A stretch of DNA of 23,103 nucleotides from Promethearchaeati archaeon. GTDB taxonomy: Archaea; Asgardarchaeota; Heimdallarchaeia; JABLTI01. Below, piece after piece: positions 1 through 7,823 of this stretch (position 1 is the first letter of the stretch; each line of letters begins with the position of its first letter). The position numbers and the translations under genes are program-made. The DNA lies in NCBI GenBank assembly GCA_013166835.1, contig JABLTI010000043.1, forward strand, positions 1 through 23,103. Reading direction: 5' to 3'. The notes under the pieces are model-generated. The model was not told the DNA's origin. It did no database searches and was given only the letters and a program-made list of their open reading frames with translations.

Positions 1-1
1 T

Positions 2-268
2 TACTAAACCAACAATACCACTTGGATTATCTTTTAACCTCTTCCACGGGAACAACTTGCGAATTATGCGTTTTTGTTCATTCTTATATTCATTTTGTGG
101 AAGAATAACAACGAAAACTTCCCATAATCCTTCGTCAATCGTATCTATCCAATCATCTACTAACTCCTTAGTTTCACTATACATCCCAACCAATTTTTTA
201 TCAACGGGATCAATTAGATCGAATAAACCTTGACGATCGCTTACTTCTAGGAGCCTTATCTGTATCAT
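2..268 (-). CDS. GNAT-family N-acetyltransferase-like protein, 3' end runs off the window (not in ORF track)
   Basis: Manual translation from ATG at 268 gives an open frame to the window edge: MIQIRLLEVSDRQGLFDLIDPVDKKLVGMYSETKELVDDWIDTIDEGLWEVFVVI...PSGIVGLV. The M-x-x-I-R...D-x-x-x-L-x-x-L start and the IVG-x-V strand are typical of GNAT folds; the acetyl-CoA motif A would lie outside the window. Confidence 0.55.
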   Translation of the reverse strand, partial: MIQIRLLEVSDRQGLFDLIDPVDKKLVGMYSETKELVDDWIDTIDEGLWEVFVVILPQNEYKNEQKRIIRKLFPWKRLKDNPSGIVGLV

Positions 269-387
269 AACTTTTCAATATAAATAGGTTAAACTATTTA
301 ATAAAAATAATCTCTAGTGAGATTTTTTCTTATTTATTTTCCTAATTCACCAAAACTTTTTGAGGTAGGAAAAGTTAGCAATAAAAT

Positions 388-1425
388 ATGGCTGAATTTG
401 ATTCTATACTTATCTTGGCTATTATTTTACAATTAATTTCAACTTCAGTAAATTACATCGGGATGACTATCCAGAAAAAAGCAGCAATCAAAATACCAAA
501 AATTGGTCCAGAAACTGGGTATCGTAGGTCTCTCAAAAATCTGATAATAAATAAAGCCTGGGTTTTTGGTCTTGGATTAAATGCTTCAAGTACATTTTTT
601 GCAGCAGGCGCTTTTGCCTTAGCTTCAATAACTATTATTCAACCATTGTATGGATTTGGCCTTATTGTTTTAGTTATTTTTATTCGCTTTTACTTAAAAG
701 AAAAAATTACTCGTTTAGATATTTTTGGAGTATTATTTGGTGTTATTGGAATAGTTGTAATAGGTATTACTGCAAGATCTTTACCTGTTGTTTCATATAC
801 AGATTTGTTAGATTTGTTCTTACATTTCAGAGGCATCATATTTTTTGCTGTTTTTTTATCCATTGCTTTAATTTCCTATATAGTTAGTGAAAAAACAAAA
901 AAAACTACTTCCTTGATTTTCTTAGTTATCTCATCTGCTATCTGGACTTCAACTCAAAATATTTTCAATAAAGCTGTAGCAACAGCTGTTCGTGATGCTG
1001 GTTTCATAGGTGCTTTTTTTGGTGAAGCTTGGTTGTATTCTTGGAGTTTTGTTTTGTTATTTCTATTAGTTAGTATCATTGGAATTATTATGCTAAATAT
1101 TGCTTATCAGCAAGGACATGGAGTTATTATTCTGCCAATTTGGACTGCAATACAGGTTATTGTGCCAGTATTATCCGGAATCATTGTATTCAGAGAATGG
1201 CAAATAGGGCCTAGTGGTTACGTTGGATGGGAAATCGCTGTTCAATCTGTAGGGATTTTTGTAATGCTTGCTTCTATTGTTGTTTTATCCATCAGTAATG
1301 GTCGGAAGGAAGAATTCAGCAAGACATTATCTCCCGTCGTTGATAACGGAGAATCAACCGAAGTTCTGAAATTAAACTCAAAAGAAGACACAGTTACACA
1401 AACTGAACTTAACAATAATAATTAA
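388..1425 (+). CDS. DMT-superfamily membrane transporter, NIPA (Mg2+ transporter)-like
   Basis: 345 aa with about 9 hydrophobic segments. Motifs G-x-x-IQKK, W-x-x-G, A-x-I-x-I-I-Q-P-L and LKEKI...G-V...G follow the NIPA/DMT pattern; hydrophilic C-terminal tail. Confidence 0.7.
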   Translation: MAEFDSILILAIILQLISTSVNYIGMTIQKKAAIKIPKIGPETGYRRSLKNLIINKAWVFGLGLNASSTFFAAGAFALASITIIQPLYGFGLIVLVIFIRFYLKEKITRLDIFGVLFGVIGIVVIGITARSLPVVSYTDLLDLFLHFRGIIFFAVFLSIALISYIVSEKTKKTTSLIFLVISSAIWTSTQNIFNKAVATAVRDAGFIGAFFGEAWLYSWSFVLLFLLVSIIGIIMLNIAYQQGHGVIILPIWTAIQVIVPVLSGIIVFREWQIGPSGYVGWEIAVQSVGIFVMLASIVVLSISNGRKEEFSKTLSPVVDNGESTEVLKLNSKEDTVTQTELNNNN

Positions 1426-1485
1426 AAAGGAACAAAATAGAATCCGATTGAAGATTTAAAAAAATAAACAATCTGAGGTTGAAAA

Positions 1486-2298
1486 ATGTTTAGTGGACCA
1501 CTTCGTTGGGCTTCTAGTGAAGGAGTGTTTCTTTTTCAAGTTCCTGATGATGAGCACTTGCTCTCAACAGAAATAGTAATTTTGCTTTCAAGCAGTTTAT
1601 ATGCCATTCAGATATTCTTCAACAAAGGCCAAATCAAGTTCAACAACGAAGATCTTAATATTATCAAATTAAGTTTCCATCCACCATACACAACACAAGA
1701 GGATGAAGATGAGAAAAAAGGATACGTCATCCATAGTGCATTTAAAGATGGTATATGTGTTCAAAGCATTTTTCTCGCAGATCAAGCAACAAATCAGCTA
1801 AGTGAATTTGAATCAGCTTTTCTAGATTCCGTTGTAAATAATTTGTTAGAAACCCTTGTAAAAGAGGGTCGCAGTGTTTCCGACATTCCCTTTCTTAAGG
1901 ATAGAAGGGTTATTGATGAAATCGAGGAAATGCTTCACGAGATAGATACCAAGTATCAATCACTAGCTGCGAGTTGGTCATTAGCAGTAGGTCCTGATGC
2001 GGAAACAACTCGATTTGATTTTCCTCATGTTCTATATAACGGTAAAATTAGAGTTGAAGAATTATTTTATGATCTCGGGGATCGAGCAATTGAATCTTTC
2101 AGTCAGCTTCTTATGAGTAATGAAGAAAAAAATGTTCTTTACAAAATCGCTAAGAGTTTGGTGAATCTTTCCGGATTATTATATGAAAACCAAAAAACTG
2201 ATTCAATAAAAGAAGACAAGTTAAATTTCAGTCACTCTGAGATAATTCTAGAATCAACAATCACAAAGAGATTATTCAGACTAGATGTTCGATCTTAA
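1486..2298 (+). CDS. Hypothetical protein, probable longin-like domain(s)
   Basis: 270 aa, SD GAGGT upstream. The hydrophobic pattern of the first ~160 aa reads beta-beta-alpha-beta-beta-beta-alpha-alpha (SEGVFLF; LLSSSLYAIQIFF helix). The ORF is real; the fold is inferred. Confidence 0.5.
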   Translation: MFSGPLRWASSEGVFLFQVPDDEHLLSTEIVILLSSSLYAIQIFFNKGQIKFNNEDLNIIKLSFHPPYTTQEDEDEKKGYVIHSAFKDGICVQSIFLADQATNQLSEFESAFLDSVVNNLLETLVKEGRSVSDIPFLKDRRVIDEIEEMLHEIDTKYQSLAASWSLAVGPDAETTRFDFPHVLYNGKIRVEELFYDLGDRAIESFSQLLMSNEEKNVLYKIAKSLVNLSGLLYENQKTDSIKEDKLNFSHSEIILESTITKRLFRLDVRS

Positions 2299-3162
2299 TC
2301 CAGCCCACTTACCATAATGCTCTACAAGTTTTTCACGACATTCTTCAAGAGATTTCTCCCTATCACGGAAGAAAATCTTTGAAACACCTCTTTGTATCCA
2401 AATGTCCGTTGGAGGGGCATCTAATTTTCCTAAACCATACAAAAGAAACATATCAGCAACTTTTGGTCCAATCCCCTTAAGTTTCAGCAATTCTTTTTTA
2501 GCTGCTAATGTTGGCATTGCACGCATTTTTTCAAGACGTATTTGATAATTGGCAATATCTTCAGTGCTCTCAATAACATATTCTTCTCTATATCCGAGTT
2601 TAGCTTCTTTTAGAAGATGCTTATATCGATAGAGTTTCTTTGGATCTGGAAAAGAATATACCATAAAATGATCTGTTGGGAATTTATCTCCCATTAATTC
2701 TTTAATTCTTCTTGCTTGTCCAATCCATTTCCAAACAGAACTATTTTGGGTTAAGATTGATGAAATTAAACTTTCGAAAAGATCATGTGCACATGTGAGC
2801 TTTATTCCTTTACAATAACTAAATGATGGTGCAATTGGATCTTTCTTAAAAATCTCATAGAATTCGAGCAAGTTCATATGAAGTCCAAAAGTTCTTCGCA
2901 TTAAATTTCTCATTTCTTTAATATCATTTTCACTTAATGGCATTGTATGTGCTGCTAGCTCCACAATAAGCTTTGAACCTTTTTGGAAGAATCTCGTAAC
3001 TACTTTCCTGTCTGTCTTAGGTATATTGACAACCATATAATATCTGCTTAATTTGTCACTTCGAGGAATCGGAAAAGAGCTATGCCCTGTTTCTAAAGTA
3101 TGTTTTAAATTGAATGGCCCTTTTGTTGTAAGATTTAATGTAATCCAATTATCCATAACCAT
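2281..3162 (-). CDS. HhH-GPD DNA glycosylase (Ogg1/AlkA-like), C-terminus possibly truncated
   Basis: FESLISSILTQN, LGYR, HhH motif LLKLKGIGPKVAD (Lys at the position used by bifunctional Ogg1-type enzymes), P-T-D-x-W catalytic Asp; ends YGKWAGLRSNI. Confidence 0.88.
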   Translation of the reverse strand: MVMDNWITLNLTTKGPFNLKHTLETGHSSFPIPRSDKLSRYYMVVNIPKTDRKVVTRFFQKGSKLIVELAAHTMPLSENDIKEMRNLMRRTFGLHMNLLEFYEIFKKDPIAPSFSYCKGIKLTCAHDLFESLISSILTQNSSVWKWIGQARRIKELMGDKFPTDHFMVYSFPDPKKLYRYKHLLKEAKLGYREEYVIESTEDIANYQIRLEKMRAMPTLAAKKELLKLKGIGPKVADMFLLYGLGKLDAPPTDIWIQRGVSKIFFRDREKSLEECREKLVEHYGKWAGLRSNI

Positions 3163-3247
3163 TGTTCATTTCCTTCTAACAGATGGGAAAATTATCTAAT
3201 CAAAAATACTTTTGGAATATATACATAACATGAGTATTCTTGTAAAA

Positions 3248-4282
3248 TTAGCCAATAATGTTTCTTACTCTCTCTTCGTACTTGAAGAAAGCTTCTTGGA
3301 TTTTACTTAGAAATACTCCACTTTCCTTGAATTTCTCAGTTGAATAGTCCCGAGCACTTACGGCGAAAGCCATCATTCTCGACGCAGCATACACTTCATA
3401 GAAAAAGATCCTATTACTAATTTCAGGTAGTTTAACCTTTGTGATGTAATCATTATAGAATTGGTGACGGTAATTATTGAGCTCAGGATAAAGTGAAAAG
3501 AAGAACAAAGTCCAACCTGCATCAAGAGCTGGGTCACCAAGTCTCGAGTATTCCCAATCAATTAATCCTGTAATTTTAGCTCCTTGCACCATGATATTTC
3601 TGGGCTGGGGATCACCATGCAATAATGAAAATCGCTCTAGTTTTAATTGTTTCTTGAAAGATATAAACCATTTAGACAATGGTTCAATGTAATATCCTGC
3701 TTTTCTCAAGAAGTTTAGAGATCTTGTAATATCATTAAGAATAAATCTATCATAAGGAATTTCTTCCTTAATTATTCCTTTAGGTGTTTCAACTCCAAAA
3801 TTCTTGAAACGGAAATTATGTAAATTCACCAAATATTGTGCGAAACTAGAAATGAATCTTTCAAAATCATTGGGTGAATACCGTTTTATTGCTTTCTCAA
3901 GAGTTTCCCCTGGAATTCTTTCAATTATTGAAAAAGGATATCCGAGAATCTTTGGATTCACTTCCAAAACATAAGGTTTTGGTACTGGAATAGGGGCATC
4001 TTGTAATCTCCCCAATTTCCGAAATTCTCTTTGAGGTTTAAGAGGGTCATGTTTTTCTGGGTAAATACGCAAAACAACACTTTTTCGAATTTCTCTATCC
4101 ATAGCTTCAAACAAGATATCTAAGAAATAGACTTTATTTGACATCCCTGTTTGAATTTGCTCTGGAGTTTCAATGGATAAAAGCTTTGCATTCTGAGGTA
4201 TAAGAGTCCAAATCTTACCTGTATCAAAAAGATAGCTTTTGAGTCTTGATTGAATGTCTTTTACAGGTAGAAGTGGTTTCAT
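3248..4282 (-). CDS. Aminoglycoside phosphotransferase/choline kinase-like (APH family) phosphotransferase
   Basis: G-M-S-N-x-V-Y, VLR, PVPKP, Brenner motif HGDPQPRNIM and IDWE...GDP-x-x-D. Confidence 0.88.
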   Translation of the reverse strand: MKPLLPVKDIQSRLKSYLFDTGKIWTLIPQNAKLLSIETPEQIQTGMSNKVYFLDILFEAMDREIRKSVVLRIYPEKHDPLKPQREFRKLGRLQDAPIPVPKPYVLEVNPKILGYPFSIIERIPGETLEKAIKRYSPNDFERFISSFAQYLVNLHNFRFKNFGVETPKGIIKEEIPYDRFILNDITRSLNFLRKAGYYIEPLSKWFISFKKQLKLERFSLLHGDPQPRNIMVQGAKITGLIDWEYSRLGDPALDAGWTLFFFSLYPELNNYRHQFYNDYITKVKLPEISNRIFFYEVYAASRMMAFAVSARDYSTEKFKESGVFLSKIQEAFFKYEERVRNIIG

Positions 4283-4419
4283 TTCTAGAACCCCAATACA
4301 TCATAATTTTTTTTTACTAAATATCAAAATTTAACCTTTTTAAATTGTTCAGTATCTCTATTTTCTCTAACTTTATTTTGTACTCTAATTTTAAGAGTTT
4401 TCTATTACTGATTTTTTTA

Positions 4420-5301
4420 TTAGATTGAGTCTAATAACTCAAAAATTGTTTTACATGCTATTTTTGATGTGATATGGTTAATATCCTGCTTTGGATTTAC
4501 TTCCACTATCTCAAAGCATTTTATATTTTTAGCTAGAAGATTGATAACTTCAAATAATTCTCTTGTTGTTAGTCCTCCTGGTTCAGGTACACTAACACCA
4601 GGAGCAAATGCCGGATCTAAAACATCGATATCTAATGAAACATAGATATTTTTTTGACGTTTTTTTATCTGTCCTAGAGCTTCCAACGTTTTCTCTCTAT
4701 TCTGAAAAGTTTTAGCATCGATAATATTCATTCCCTGTTCTTTACAAAACTCAATTTCCTCTAAACCTAAATTGTGTCCTCTGCTTCCAATAAAATAAAT
4801 CTTTTTTGGATCTACAAAACCTAAATCTATTATTCTTTTTAGCACAGTTGCTCTTGTGTATTTTTCTCCAAATGGGTATTCATTCATTAAATCTAAGTGG
4901 GCATCTAGCCAAACAATACTATCGATTTCAATATCACCTTTCATTATCCCTTTAGCAGTTCCCAATGCTATGGAATGATCTCCACCAAGTATTATTGGCA
5001 AAGCCTCTTTTTGTAAAATTTCTTGAACCTTTGCACTTAATCCTTTCTGCATTTCATCATAGTTCAAATTCTCAGCAAGATCCATTAAATCTAAAACATT
5101 GTGTTGGTGAATACTCTTGTCCGATAAGGATTGTCCAGAGAAAAAAGAAGAGAACTCGCGAATCTTCTTTGGAGCTGTCGAAGCACCCTTTCGATATATT
5201 TTTACATTATCTTCGTACGGAACTCCAATAATAACAGCATCTAAATCAATTGCTGAATCTATTTCTTTAACAGGAAAAGTTCCGTAAAATGGCTTAGACA
5301 T
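4420..5301 (-). CDS. speB: Agmatinase (arginase/ureohydrolase family)
   Basis: GGDHSIA, DAHLD, SLDIDVLDPAFAPG...PEPGG and EIVEVNP metal-binding motifs. The family is secure; agmatine as substrate is inferred. Confidence 0.85.
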   Translation of the reverse strand: MSKPFYGTFPVKEIDSAIDLDAVIIGVPYEDNVKIYRKGASTAPKKIREFSSFFSGQSLSDKSIHQHNVLDLMDLAENLNYDEMQKGLSAKVQEILQKEALPIILGGDHSIALGTAKGIMKGDIEIDSIVWLDAHLDLMNEYPFGEKYTRATVLKRIIDLGFVDPKKIYFIGSRGHNLGLEEIEFCKEQGMNIIDAKTFQNREKTLEALGQIKKRQKNIYVSLDIDVLDPAFAPGVSVPEPGGLTTRELFEVINLLAKNIKCFEIVEVNPKQDINHITSKIACKTIFELLDSI

Positions 5302-5457
5302 TATTTCTCAGCTCTTCTTATTCTCTTTGGAGATTTAATGAATTTAAGTATATTTCAAGTAATCATTTTAATGCGAATTATTTGGGAAAAGCATCAGAAT
5401 AAAGCTTGAATAACTTTTTTACTTCATACAATTATGTTTCATAGGTGAGTGTAGCAA

Positions 5458-5934
5458 TTGATAAAAGAACACATTTTTTCTATAGAGATTCCTCATCCTA
5501 CAGAGAAGATATGGTCCCTTATGCAAGACTACAATCTCTGGAAGCAATTTACCCAAGCAATAGTTATTGATATTGAAATCTTGTATCCGGGAGACAAAGA
5601 TGGTAATGGTCTAATTAGACGTGTCCATTACAAGTTACCCTGGGGATCACGTTGTTCTCTTGAGTTAGTTACTGATGTCAAACCAAATGTTGGCTATACT
5701 TATACAATGATGAGTTTGAAACCTGGACTGGATACTAATGGCTTGATTCGTTTAGAGAAAATTGAGGGTGGAAAAACTCAAGTGCATTTCGAGGAACGTT
5801 TTAACCTAAAGAAATTACCCTTACTCTATCGTCTACTGGGTAAACGTTTATATAAATTCATCAATAAACGAAACGAAGAAACTTTCCGAAATCTGTCTAC
5901 TTGGTTAGATGAACATCCTGATTACTTGAAATAA
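5458..5934 (+). CDS. SRPBCC (START/polyketide cyclase-like) family protein
   Basis: TTG start with AGGTGA SD. I-x-x-P-x-E-K-I-W-x-L-x-x-D start, G-x-x-R strand, YTY strand and long C-terminal helix. Confidence 0.75.
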   Translation: MIKEHIFSIEIPHPTEKIWSLMQDYNLWKQFTQAIVIDIEILYPGDKDGNGLIRRVHYKLPWGSRCSLELVTDVKPNVGYTYTMMSLKPGLDTNGLIRLEKIEGGKTQVHFEERFNLKKLPLLYRLLGKRLYKFINKRNEETFRNLSTWLDEHPDYLK

Positions 5935-6098
5935 TGTTTTGTAAATTGGAATAATACTTTTCTCTCATTTCTAAAATCAACAATTAATCTTATTAAAGCA
6001 TGAACTATTTTCTTGACAAAAGAACTTTTAACCTAAAACTTTCGTACTTTAATTAACAATGAAAGTATTAGACTCTCATCTATATTGGTGTGTTACTC

Positions 6099-7337
6099 AT
6101 GGGTAAGCCTAGCAAAAAAGAAACAAATGAACCAGATTTACAGGATTTAGGGGGATTAATTCGAGCAAGCAACATTTTCCTTTCTCAAGCTTCAAGAACA
6201 AGAAAGGCATTTCTTAATCAAAGTGAAGAACTAGTAAAATTATACAATCTTTTAATTGAAACCAAAAAGAAAAGAAATGTTGTTCATGTAACTGGTATGG
6301 GAAGAAGTGGAAGAGCTGTTGAGTTTTTTGCTGAAATGCTAAAGGATTTAGGATTTCATGTATCTGTTATAAGTAGAACTTTAGCTTTACCCGTTTCAGC
6401 TAATGATGTTGTAATTGCTTTTTCAGGCTCTGGGAAAACCATTACTACTGTGGCAAATGTAGGCGTTTGTGTTGATGGTGGAGCAAATGTTGTCATTGTT
6501 ACTCAAAATGAAAAATCCCGTTTGGGTCGTCTTGCAGATATTTGTTTAGTAGTACCCAAATCTAAGAAGCTTCAACGTGAAGAAGAACATCTTGAAATAG
6601 AAACAGACAAAGGTTTTGTCCTTTCATTAAGTCAAATTTCAGAAGAAATGAAGGGCTCATTATCACCAATGGGTACTTTGTTCGAATTATCTGCATTACT
6701 TGTTTCAATTGGATTGACAGGTATGCTACGCAATGATGAAAAACCTGAGAGAGCTTTCCAAAGCACTTTGGACACAGTAATAGATAACGCAGAGAAAGCT
6801 GCACAACAAATTGTGAAAAATAAGAAAACACAAGATGAAATTGTAAGAGTTCTTGATTTATTCTTAGATCTTAGTCCCGCTTCATCTAAGAAAGTTTTCT
6901 GGATCGGCGCTGGTTTAAGTGGTATCATCGCATCGATGCATGCTATGAGATTTCAGCATCTTGGTTACAACATACACCTCCAAGATGATTGGCGTTTTAG
7001 AAAGAAAAACGATATAATTGTTGCTATTAGCGGTAGTGGAAGCACACCATTTACAAATGGTTTCATAATTGAAGCCAAAAAGAAGAAAATGCTTACAGTT
7101 GGTTTCACATCTATTATTGACTCTGAATTTGGTTCTAACATAGAATTTTTGGTCAAAGTTCCAGGACGATTGGATCCTGATAGCTGGTATAATCGAATGT
7201 CTGAATCCAAACCATTCATTGAAACACAATTTGAATTTGCTGTTGCGATTGTTATTGAAAGCATAATAGCTCAACTTGCAGTTCATAAAGGAATTACAGA
7301 ATCTGAAATGAAAGGTCGACATGCAAATATCGAGTAA
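6099..7337 (+). CDS. Tandem SIS-domain protein; internally duplicated 6-phospho-3-hexuloisomerase (PHI/HxlB)-like
   Basis: Two SIS units: GMGRSG / SGSGKT / PMGTLFE and GAGLSG / SGSGST / ETQFE, ending in the PHI-type tail MKGRHANIE. ATG at 6099 follows GGTG at 6087-6090 and is preferred over GTG at 6090. Confidence 0.85.
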   Translation: MGKPSKKETNEPDLQDLGGLIRASNIFLSQASRTRKAFLNQSEELVKLYNLLIETKKKRNVVHVTGMGRSGRAVEFFAEMLKDLGFHVSVISRTLALPVSANDVVIAFSGSGKTITTVANVGVCVDGGANVVIVTQNEKSRLGRLADICLVVPKSKKLQREEEHLEIETDKGFVLSLSQISEEMKGSLSPMGTLFELSALLVSIGLTGMLRNDEKPERAFQSTLDTVIDNAEKAAQQIVKNKKTQDEIVRVLDLFLDLSPASSKKVFWIGAGLSGIIASMHAMRFQHLGYNIHLQDDWRFRKKNDIIVAISGSGSTPFTNGFIIEAKKKKMLTVGFTSIIDSEFGSNIEFLVKVPGRLDPDSWYNRMSESKPFIETQFEFAVAIVIESIIAQLAVHKGITESEMKGRHANIE

Positions 7338-7405
7338 GGAAAGTTTGACTTTACACAAACACTTAATTATTACTGCCATACACAACTTTATCGAGAGTAT
7401 TTACA

Positions 7406-7804
7406 ATGCCCCCTGATCGTGAATTAGATAGTCTTCGTGAAAAACGAAAAAAAGAACTACTTGCACAAAACATAAAGAAAGAACTTGCTCAAAAGAAACA
7501 AGAAGAAGAAACTAACCAATTGAAGCAAAGACAAGTTAGAGCAACTGAAATCGTTAACAAAGCACTGGAACCAGAAGCTGTTGTTTATATGAATTGGCTA
7601 ACTAAATCAAATCCTGCTATTGCTTTGACAATTAAAGATACAATAATTTTACTCATTCAAAAGAAGATGCTACGAAAGCAATTATCCAAAATCGATATTT
7701 TGAAAATAGAAAGAGAATTAACTGGTGTTGATTCAAAGATTCAGGTAAAACGAAGAGGGCAAGAAATAACAGATTTAGATGAAAATTTGAAATCAAAGAA
7801 ATAA
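7406..7804 (+). CDS. PDCD5/TFAR19-family (dsDNA-binding) protein, divergent
   Basis: D-x-E-L-x-x-L-R-x-K-R-x-x-E-L start, Q/E-rich helix, L-E-P-E-A, P-x-x-A...I-x-L-x-Q and the basic K-I-x-V-K-R-R strand. Confidence 0.75.
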   Translation: MPPDRELDSLREKRKKELLAQNIKKELAQKKQEEETNQLKQRQVRATEIVNKALEPEAVVYMNWLTKSNPAIALTIKDTIILLIQKKMLRKQLSKIDILKIERELTGVDSKIQVKRRGQEITDLDENLKSKK

Positions 7805-7823
7805 AAATCCATCATAAATTATG

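Noticed and set aside
337-376. Alternative stems (TTTTCCTA/TAGGAAAA and AACTTTT/AAAAGTT) upstream of the NIPA-like gene as a Mg2+ riboswitch
   Set aside because: The stems are short and AT-rich, as expected by chance at this composition. They do not resemble the M-box and the leader is too short.
2290-2295. AGATCG on the minus strand at the suspected junction as an Illumina adapter remnant
   Set aside because: Only 6 nt match; the sequence continues AACATC rather than GAAGAGC.
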